Made by a program: the position numbers and the translations under genes
The notes under the pieces: generated by a model
The model's input: the letters and a program-made list of their open reading frames with translations, nothing else
What the model was told of the DNA's origin: nothing
The model's database searches: none
Virus record (IMG/VR): IMGVR_UViG_3300028047_000001
Length of the DNA stretch: 42,844 nt
Reading direction: 5' to 3' (one strand)
Origin: a virus
Shown: positions 1-5,346 of the stretch, one piece after another
How positions within the stretch are numbered: the first letter of the stretch is position 1
How the letters are laid out: each line of letters begins with the position of its first letter

Positions 1-99
1 TATGGCCAAGTTTAAACTGGCCTGTCGCAGAACGCTGTGGCGAGCTCGCTGGCTGGGGGGTTTTAGTTTCCGCTACGTCCATACCAAAAACTCGCTCAA
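1..99. repeat. Terminal direct repeat, copy 1 (identical to 42746..42844); circular-closure overlap
   Basis: Bases 1-99 match 42746-42844 base for base. The TerS-like ORF starting at 42827 lies partly in the repeat, and sequence context continues at base 100. Confidence 0.95.
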
Positions 100-134
100 T
101 GGCACTCAGCGGCCTTCCTACGCGATCCTAGGGC

Positions 135-629
135 CTATTTAATCGTCCAGTTGACCACGCCGCCGACTGCGCCATTGGTTGCGTCGGCCAAAGGCTCACC
201 GCCGGTAATGCAAAATCCGATGCCATTCACGACCGATGCGCTGAGCGAGCCGAGATTTGGTGCAAAGCTTCCGGCCACGTTGGAGCCAACGCCGGGCAGA
301 ATATACACACCGATTTGGCCAGGCAGAGCCCCGGCAACTGGCGTTGCGGCGAGGTCGTAGAGGTGCAGGAACATGTTTGTCGCAGCGATATTTTGCAGGG
401 ACACTTCAATGATTTGGTGTGCACTTGGGATAGCGATTGTGCCGCAATTAGTCGAGACGGTAGTGAGTGTTACGAATTTCTGGCCGCCCTGAAAAACGCC
501 GCCGGATTGAGCATGGGCGCCAGGGTTGCTGAACCATGTCCCGTAGGCCGCTATGGCCACCCATACGGCCATCATGACTGGCATGAATGATTTTGTCAGA
601 TATTTCAAGCTCTTGCTCCTGCGGCCCAC
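135..629 (-). CDS. Exported protein of unknown function (Sec-type signal peptide)
   Basis: 164-aa ORF with hydrophobic segment MPVMMAVWVAIAAYG and an AHA|QS cleavage-like site, followed by Gly/Val/Ser-rich beta-type sequence. The real start may be the internal Met at about 584. It is the last gene before the TerS-like gene across the circle junction. Confidence 0.55.
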   Translation of the reverse strand: MGRRSKSLKYLTKSFMPVMMAVWVAIAAYGTWFSNPGAHAQSGGVFQGGQKFVTLTTVSTNCGTIAIPSAHQIIEVSLQNIAATNMFLHLYDLAATPVAGALPGQIGVYILPGVGSNVAGSFAPNLGSLSASVVNGIGFCITGGEPLADATNGAVGGVVNWTIK

Positions 630-684
630 AGCGCCGCCCCGACCAGGATTGCGGCCAGAATTGCACCGAATAGTGCGATGCGGA

Positions 685-1158
685 TCATTTTTCAGGTTCT
701 ACTCGCTTCGGTTCGGTTTGTAAACCCAGTTTTTTTGGCCATCCTTTGGCCTGCGAATCCAGCGGTCCTGATGACCTTGTCCAGTCCCTGATTTTTGGCG
801 GCGAAGAGCCCCGTGGAATAGCCCTTAGCCCAGCCACCAAGTCCTTGAATTCATTCGTGATTTTCTCGCGCTCATCGCCTGAAATATCAGGCTCCGGCAA
901 CTGCGGAAGCAGTGGATATCCTCGGACAGCAGACTTGAACGCTGCTTGGTAGATTTCGCCAACCGAGGGAAGAAAACCTTTCGAGCCAATCTCACCCTTC
1001 GCCGCTCTAGAGCAGGCATCGATTACTCGATGCGGCGGTAGCAAGCCAAGCACCTCCCAATAAACCTCAAACTTGAGCTTTCTCTCAGTCTCGGTCCCGG
1101 TCAAATTGTAGCATTGAAACAATTTTAGGATCGCTTTCTTCGCGTCTTCGTTTGTCAT
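685..1158 (-). CDS. Replication-module protein, helicase loader/inhibitor (G39P-like) candidate
   Basis: 157-aa ORF directly downstream of the initiator-like gene. The N-terminal pattern KKAILKLFQCYNL...KFEVYWEVLGLL...FLPSVGEIYQAA resembles phage helicase-loader proteins. It overlaps the upstream ORF by 74 nt. Confidence 0.4.
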   Translation of the reverse strand: MTNEDAKKAILKLFQCYNLTGTETERKLKFEVYWEVLGLLPPHRVIDACSRAAKGEIGSKGFLPSVGEIYQAAFKSAVRGYPLLPQLPEPDISGDEREKITNEFKDLVAGLRAIPRGSSPPKIRDWTRSSGPLDSQAKGWPKKLGLQTEPKRVEPEK

Positions 1159-1858
1159 CCTCTATGTCCTTAAGCACTGATTTCACAAAGCCTTCGTTCC
1201 CGTTTGAGCGCCCATTGCCGCCATTCGGTTCGAACTTTCCGACGTTTCGGACCCATGTCCGCCAGGCGGCATGCCAGTCCGCGAACAGTGAACGGTTTTT
1301 GAGGTGGTGGTCTCGAAACTGAGCCCACTCGTGTTTAGTCTGGCTTACGCTTAACCCTGAATCATGAGCAAAACCCAAGTCAAACGGGTGAGGGCCATCG
1401 TCGGAAGCGATTTCGGTTTTTGGTTTTGGTTTTTTGACAATAGCGATAGCTATTGGTTTTATCTTTCTTTCTTTCTTATCTTCTCTCTTCTCTTCTGGGG
1501 CGTTCGGTTGCGTTCGTTTGCGTTCGTTTCTCCACGCTTTCGCTCTAGCTGCGCTTCCATCCTCCCGTAATGGTTGACGTTTCTCCCACGACTTCAAGCG
1601 ATTGTTTAAGATTATCTTGCCTTCCATGGCCTGCCTAATTGCCCTCACTTCGGCCTCTTTCATGTCCATCGCAGCGCCAACATCCTCATCGTCCCAACCT
1701 ATGAGTTCGCCTGCGTTCGGTTGCGTTCGCGATGCGCAAATGAGCATGAAATTGAAGACGGCGATAACCTCCGGAATGGGCCGCCCAGCCTTTTTAGCCA
1801 CAGTCCGCCATTTCGGGTCTGACGGCATATCCTCCCATAGGCGCACCCAGTTGGTCAT
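1085..1858 (-). CDS. Replication initiator / replisome-organiser-like protein
   Basis: 257-aa ORF whose N-terminus (NWVRLWEDMPSDPKWRTVAKKAG...) resembles phage replisome-organiser wHTH domains, followed by a Lys/Glu-rich linker. The gene contains iterons and a T-rich tract (see ori feature). Its start overlaps the upstream stop as ATGA. Confidence 0.5.
   Translation of the reverse strand: MTNWVRLWEDMPSDPKWRTVAKKAGRPIPEVIAVFNFMLICASRTQPNAGELIGWDDEDVGAAMDMKEAEVRAIRQAMEGKIILNNRLKSWEKRQPLREDGSAARAKAWRNERKRTQPNAPEEKREDKKERKIKPIAIAIVKKPKPKTEIASDDGPHPFDLGFAHDSGLSVSQTKHEWAQFRDHHLKNRSLFADWHAAWRTWVRNVGKFEPNGGNGRSNGNEGFVKSVLKDIEDDKRRREESDPKIVSMLQFDRDRD
1411..1732. other. Putative origin of replication embedded in the initiator gene
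   Basis: Tandem 10-mers GCGTTCGGTT GCGTTCGTTT GCGTTCGTTT at 1500-1529, and GCGTTCGGTT GCGTTCGCGA at 1713-1732. Palindrome CAATAGC-GATA-GCTATTG at 1438-1455. T-rich / polypyrimidine tract at 1411-1499. Confidence 0.5.
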
Positions 1859-2442
1859 GCCACCATCCCCCTCGTCTCCAGCAGCTCCATGAAATACCCG
1901 GTAGGCGCCCCGTTACGCCTCCATTCGGCCCTAATCTGGCCCAATCCAGGCGCGAACCACATCTTGGCGCCATCGATCCTACCGCCTCCCCATTGCTGCC
2001 CGTAAGTCAGGACCAGAACCTCCATGAATGTCCCCGCCTTTGTTTCGTAAAACGGAATAATCTCATGGAATATTATAACCTGCGACCCATATTGGCCGAA
2101 CAATCCGGACGTCTCACACTGGCGGACTATAGTCGTACCAGTCTGCTCATTCCCGCCCCATTCAATCTCTTTCCCTGGTACACACGACACTTCACGAGCG
2201 TACTGCCATGGCCAGTTATACCACTTAGGAGGATAGTCATCGCGGTACTCGAGTACACCACGAATTGGATCTATCCGGTAGTACCAATCGCAATCCCATT
2301 TTAATTTGATTCTCTGGCGGAGGCGGAATCCGTCATAATAATCGCGAGTGTATGTCTGGATTATTCTACTGGAGAAGTAATTTGTAATAGTGTGTCCCTG
2401 CTTTGGTTGCGGCCAGTATATCCTTGCGTCAAAATGACTCAT
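1855..2442 (-). CDS. Hypothetical Trp/Tyr-rich protein (orphan)
   Basis: 195-aa ORF coupled on both sides by ATGA overlaps (2439-2442 and 1855-1858). It looks visibly more AT-rich than its neighbours and has aromatic clusters (WDCDWYYRIDP, PPKWYNWPWQYA). No family recognised. Confidence 0.6.
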   Translation of the reverse strand: MSHFDARIYWPQPKQGHTITNYFSSRIIQTYTRDYYDGFRLRQRIKLKWDCDWYYRIDPIRGVLEYRDDYPPKWYNWPWQYAREVSCVPGKEIEWGGNEQTGTTIVRQCETSGLFGQYGSQVIIFHEIIPFYETKAGTFMEVLVLTYGQQWGGGRIDGAKMWFAPGLGQIRAEWRRNGAPTGYFMELLETRGMVA

Positions 2443-2669
2443 TTCTGGCTCTCCCTGAATCGCATCAGCCCGGCTACAATCTTAGCTCGAGTTTTAAGTG
2501 TGTTCGGCTTGCGATTTGACCCCCTGAATTTCAATCCAAGCATTTGCGCCTTGCCGCCGATCGAATTCCTCGTCCGGCCCATCATCTCACCAGCTTCACG
2601 GTAGGAATAGCCCTCCTGGCATAGACGCTTGATGCGGGCTATCTGATAATCTGTCCATGCTTCTCTCAT
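2439..2669 (-). CDS. GcrA-like DNA-binding domain protein (N-terminal domain only)
   Basis: 76 aa. AWTDYQIARIKRLCQEGYSYREAGEMMGRTRNSIGGKAQMLGLKFRG parallels the GcrA N-terminus (SWTDERV..LKKLW.EGLSASQIA..LGGVTRNAVIGKVHRLGL). There is no C-terminal domain. Confidence 0.75.
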   Translation of the reverse strand: MREAWTDYQIARIKRLCQEGYSYREAGEMMGRTRNSIGGKAQMLGLKFRGSNRKPNTLKTRAKIVAGLMRFRESQK

Positions 2670-2678
2670 ACCGAAACC

Positions 2679-2969
2679 TCATTCAATGATATCCTGCAGG
2701 CGCTCTTCATACTTAAGCGTTTCCAGGCTGCTTGCGAACCGTTCGAACCTGCGCCTTAGCAAATATCCGGTGGTTGTCTGGGCGGCAAACATCGTGGACG
2801 TTATCAGGAAAGCTTGAATGAACGGATCAAACCCCATGAACCCTACGAACAACGGAACGGTAAAGCCGGTGGGGATTCCGATGGTCGAGCGGGTGGCCGC
2901 TTCTAGCAGCGAAGCGCGCCTGGTCTGGCTCATTTTTTTCCTTCTGGCGCAGTTCAGCGAGCCGGGCAT
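2679..2969 (-). CDS. Small membrane protein
   Basis: 96-aa ORF. The likely start is Met13 (ATG at 2933), preceded by AAGGA. Two hydrophobic segments (GIPTGFTVPLFVGFMGF, IQAFLITSTMFAA). Confidence 0.55.
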   Translation of the reverse strand: MPGSLNCARRKKMSQTRRASLLEAATRSTIGIPTGFTVPLFVGFMGFDPFIQAFLITSTMFAAQTTTGYLLRRRFERFASSLETLKYEERLQDIIE

Positions 2970-3039
2970 TGGCCCGCGTTAAATCGCCCTTTTTATAGCG
3001 GGGAATTGGTGTCAGATCACGCGGCCGGTTCCATGGCAT
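2827..3039 (-). CDS. Hypothetical small protein; only the 5' part looks coding, and it overlaps the next gene out of frame
   Basis: 70-aa ORF whose ATG (3039) overlaps the VRR-NUC stop. The first ~40 aa look protein-like (ANARLAELRQKEK); the remainder is Arg/His-rich out-of-frame-looking sequence overlapping 2679..2969. An A7 run sits at the junction. Confidence 0.3.
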   Translation of the reverse strand: MPWNRPRDLTPIPRYKKGDLTRANARLAELRQKEKNEPDQARFAARSGHPLDHRNPHRLYRSVVRRVHGV

Positions 3040-3443
3040 CAGTCCGGCCTGAATTTAATGCGCAGACAGCCCCATTCGTCAAAGATCATGCAGACGTCGT
3101 CGAGCGACCATGCGACGCAGTGCGGGATATCGCCAACCAGGCACCACTCCTGAAACTCTCGCTGCCCGGGCGTTAATATTTCGCCAACTCGCTTAAGCTG
3201 CAGGTAATGCATCAGCCGCGTTGATTGCTGGTGAAGCTGAAAATCCGGCCAATGCGGCGTTTTCCCCATTTGCTTTAGCTTGGCAGCTACACGAGGGTGT
3301 AATAACTCTCCGCCTGGGAAATGAGTGTGTTTCCATCCAGGGAGGCAATACTCGCGCAACATCTTCGCGACTGTGAAAGTAAGAGCGAGCTCCTTCGGCG
3401 GCGGGATACCTCCAGTCACAATGCCTTCCCTATGGCAAAACAC
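3039..3443 (-). CDS. VRR-NUC domain nuclease
   Basis: 134-aa ORF (GTG start; Met28 at 3362 is an alternative). HWPDFQL...HYLQLKRVGEILTPGQREFQEW...IPHCVAWSLDD fits the VRR-NUC pattern (PD...E/Q-x-K, ls..Q..f). Confidence 0.6.
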   Translation of the reverse strand: MFCHREGIVTGGIPPPKELALTFTVAKMLREYCLPGWKHTHFPGGELLHPRVAAKLKQMGKTPHWPDFQLHQQSTRLMHYLQLKRVGEILTPGQREFQEWCLVGDIPHCVAWSLDDVCMIFDEWGCLRIKFRPD

Positions 3444-3535
3444 GCGATCAGGATAAGCGCCGCATCAAAGAACGATTCCGTGTATCTGACGATTTCATCC
3501 AGCGTCCAGGCCGGGAATATGTTGAAAGGGTCCAT
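3416..3535 (-). CDS. Possible 39-aa small protein (below the ORF-track cutoff)
   Basis: ATG at 3535 with GAGG about 10 nt upstream. Encodes MDPFNIFPAWTLDEIVRYTESFFDAALILIACFAIGKAL with a hydrophobic C-terminus. Its end overlaps the 5' end of the VRR-NUC ORF. Confidence 0.25.
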   Translation of the reverse strand: MDPFNIFPAWTLDEIVRYTESFFDAALILIACFAIGKAL

Positions 3536-3552
3536 GGGCACTTAGCCTCTGC

Positions 3553-3623
3553 CAGAGAAAAGGGCCGCATCCGTTTTTCGATCACGCGCCATAGTCTAAA
3601 GACGCTGGTTCCGGATGCGGCCT
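3553..3623 (-). terminator. Long-loop hairpin followed by a U-rich tract (intrinsic-terminator-like)
   Basis: On the - strand, GGCCGCATCCG (rc of 3612-3622) pairs with CGGATGCGGCC (rc of 3563-3573). This is an 11-bp perfect stem with a 38-nt loop, followed by CTTTTCTCT. It lies in the 337-nt gap between the cro-like gene and the next early-left genes. Confidence 0.4.
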
Positions 3624-3779
3624 AGTTTCACGCGGGGATGCGAACCATGAACGGTCACCCGCGAGGTAGAGCGCCAGGGAACAAACCAGCGCCCGACGTG
3701 TTTCGGGACGCATCTTCGGGCCATTCACACCGGCCCTCTTCGACCTCGTGCGCTTCTGGAACCAGATCACGTCCCGAAC

Positions 3780-3986
3780 TTATTCTGCGGCCGGAGCCGC
3801 AGGAGGCAAAAAGTCATTAGGCGTCACGGAGCCGCCAGTCACCGCCACAATCTGCACCATATGCGAGCCTCTGGGTACCCTAGTCCCTCTGACCCAATAG
3901 TGCACCGCCACGCGCGTCACGCCAATCAGTTTGGCGAAAGAAGACAGCGTAACCTGGTTAGCTGTGAGATATTCTCTTAGAGTCAT
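3780..3986 (-). CDS. Cro/YdaS-like helix-turn-helix regulator
   Basis: 68 aa. LSSFAKLIGVTRVAVHYWVRGTRVP is a typical Cro/YdaS HTH. It is the first gene of the leftward unit, divergent from the rightward promoter. Confidence 0.7.
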   Translation of the reverse strand: MTLREYLTANQVTLSSFAKLIGVTRVAVHYWVRGTRVPRGSHMVQIVAVTGGSVTPNDFLPPAAPAAE

Positions 3987-3999
3987 TCCGTCACTTCAT

Positions 4000-4090
4000 A
4001 ACAAATCGTTTCGTGTGTCTAATCACGAATTATATAAGTCCGTAACATAATTGTGATGTAACGTCTTGTTGACAAGCGCAACGTTTTGTT
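4000..4090. promoter_or_regulatory. Candidate operator set in the divergent control region
   Basis: The 11-mer AACG-NN-TTGTT occurs at 4060-4070 (AACGTCTTGTT) and at 4080-4090 (AACGTTTTGTT), exactly 20 bp apart. An inverted copy sits at 4000-4010 (rc AACGATTTGTT). An imperfect inverted repeat, ATCACGAATTA (4022-4032) / TAATTGTGAT (4048-4057), is also present. Confidence 0.45.
4029..4057 (-). promoter_or_regulatory. Leftward sigma70-type promoter candidate
   Basis: On the - strand: perfect -10 TATAAT (rc of 4029-4034), a 17-nt spacer, and a weak -35 ATCACA (rc of 4052-4057). It lies upstream of the cro-like gene. Confidence 0.45.
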
Positions 4091-4097
4091 TCATATT
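4069..4097 (+). promoter_or_regulatory. Rightward sigma70-type promoter candidate
   Basis: Perfect -35 TTGACA (4069-4074), a 17-nt spacer, and -10 CATATT (4092-4097). The predicted start near 4104 coincides with the first base of the repeated leader unit. Confidence 0.6.
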
Positions 4098-4103
4098 CTC
4101 ATG

Positions 4104-4266
4104 GAAGCGCCAGAAATGGAGCCAGCTGTTTACCTTTCACAGCAAAATGCGCGGACGAATGTCCCTTCAGGCCCGCGACGCTTCACACAGGAGGAACTGA
4201 GAAGCGCCAGAAATGGAGCCCGATCTGAGAATGCGCGGGATGGTCTGATGTGGCCCGCGACGCTTC
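4104..4266 (+). ncRNA. Tandem structured 5' leader (two related units, 81 and 66 nt)
   Basis: Units are 4104-4184 and 4201-4266. They share GAAGCGCCAGAAATGGAGCC (20/20), AATGCGCGG (9/9) and GGCCCGCGACGCTTC (15/15). Each unit is closed by GAAGCG/CGCTTC, contains a CCA-GAAA-TGG hairpin and a CGCGG/CCGCG helix, and has different inserts between the conserved blocks. Each is followed by AGGAGGA. The overlapping 64-aa ORF reads the two units in different frames. Confidence 0.45.
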
Positions 4267-4281
4267 CCATAGGAGGATGAA

Positions 4282-4689
4282 ATGACATGTCTAATCGTAG
4301 GAGACAGCATCGCTGTCGGGCTGTCTCAGGTTCTCAAAGGTTGTTACGTCGCGGCACAGATCGGCGCATCCAGCGCTCAGATCTTGGCCGGCACCCCAGC
4401 GGCAACCGTCAACTTCGCTTATATCAGCTCGGGTACGAACGACGCGTGGAATCCTTCGTCCACCTTGGCGAACCTGATAGCGACCCGCGCGAAGATCACG
4501 GCCCGCAAGGTCGTTTGGATCGTGCCTATCGACCCAACAGTCGCCGGCATTGTCAGGCAAGTCGGCGCTCAACAGCCCGGCTTGCCGCGAACTGATCGCC
4601 ACGTTGCATTCGTTCCTGGCCCAGACAACATCCATCCTAGGGACTACCTGGAACTGCGCAGCGATGCTCTAGAAGACAACAAGAACTAG
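4282..4689 (+). CDS. Minimal SGNH/GDSL-type hydrolase
   Basis: 135 aa with no signal peptide. Block I LIVGDSIAVG, block III SSGTNDAW, block V PDNIHP (DxxH). Strong SD AGGAGGA lies 4 nt upstream. First gene of the rightward unit. Confidence 0.6.
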   Translation: MTCLIVGDSIAVGLSQVLKGCYVAAQIGASSAQILAGTPAATVNFAYISSGTNDAWNPSSTLANLIATRAKITARKVVWIVPIDPTVAGIVRQVGAQQPGLPRTDRHVAFVPGPDNIHPRDYLELRSDALEDNKN

Positions 4690-4701
4690 GAGGAACTGGA
4701 A

Positions 4702-5064
4702 ATGAAACTAGCAGATTGCGAACCGGAACAATCGCCATACTCGACAAACTCATGGGCCGCTCGCCGCCCGCCATCTATCGCCATGGCCCGGGCCAAACTC
4801 AGGATCGAGGCACAAGCTAAGCGCTGCCTGCGTGGGGCGATAAAAGACAGGGCGTGGGCATACGCGCGGCACCCCAGGGATATGGATGCGATCTCAGAGG
4901 ATCTGTCCAGCCTGCCCCCAAAGATTCTGGTATGTGCCTTGGAGATCATTATCGAGCATAAAACTCGCTGGTTCGGCTTTGGCGGCGAGGTTTCGGCCAT
5001 TAACCTGCGTGGCGCCATGCTTTATGCGCGCTGGGCCAGGCGTGTGGCCAATAGGAGGAAGTGA
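4702..5064 (+). CDS. Hypothetical protein
   Basis: 120-aa ORF preceded by GGAGGAACTGGAA. No recognisable motif. The antisense ORF 4686..5018 is judged a shadow. Confidence 0.5.
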   Translation: MKLADCEPEQSPYSTNSWAARRPPSIAMARAKLRIEAQAKRCLRGAIKDRAWAYARHPRDMDAISEDLSSLPPKILVCALEIIIEHKTRWFGFGGEVSAINLRGAMLYARWARRVANRRK

Positions 5065-5153
5065 TGTTCCTGCTTCTCTTTATAGGCTTCTGCATCACCA
5101 TCGCCGCCGGCTGCAGCCTTCTCTCATGCTTGGATGGGCGCCATGACCATTGA
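5064..5153 (+). CDS. Possible 29-aa hydrophobic / lipoprotein-like peptide
   Basis: The ATG overlaps the upstream TGA (GTGATG), with GGAGG 5 nt upstream. Encodes MFLLLFIGFCITIAAGCSLLSCLDGRHDH with a lipobox-like AAG|C. Confidence 0.35.
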   Translation: MFLLLFIGFCITIAAGCSLLSCLDGRHDH

Positions 5154-5346
5154 ACCGCTTACCTTCGATGACGCCCTAAAAATCTCAGAGCACATGCAAA
5201 AGAAAAGCCGAGACCGCATCCTGAGGGTCTTTATGAAGCAAAGCGCTGGGATGCTGGACGTCCGGGGCGCGTTTGTGGAAGCAGTGCAGCAAGAGCGCAA
5301 CTGGCTTACTATTGAATCTGTTGCACAAGGAACGCGCGATGATTGA
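5134..5346 (+). CDS. Hypothetical protein
   Basis: 70-aa ORF (alternative ATG at 5143). Its stop overlaps the exonuclease ATG as ATGATTGA. Confidence 0.5.
   Translation: MGAMTIEPLTFDDALKISEHMQKKSRDRILRVFMKQSAGMLDVRGAFVEAVQQERNWLTIESVAQGTRDD

Noticed and set aside
3556-3623. tRNA-like element (7-bp acceptor-like pairing GGGCCGC/GCGGCCT)
   Set aside because: It is only ~63 nt long and has no D-arm, no T-arm pairing and no GTTCRA-type T-loop, so it cannot be drawn as a cloverleaf. I treated it as a hairpin/terminator instead.
3582-3770. 62-aa - strand ORF in the gap after the cro-like gene
   Set aside because: It has a GTG start without an SD and an Arg/Pro-rich low-complexity product. It runs through the stem of the terminator-like hairpin. 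It was not listed as a gene, though a shorter 43-aa version from the internal ATG cannot be excluded.
4086-4280. 64-aa ORF covering the leader region
   Set aside because: The two conserved repeat units are translated in different frames (EAPEMEPA versus RSARNGAR). There is no SD before its start, and the predicted transcription start lies downstream of its first codon.
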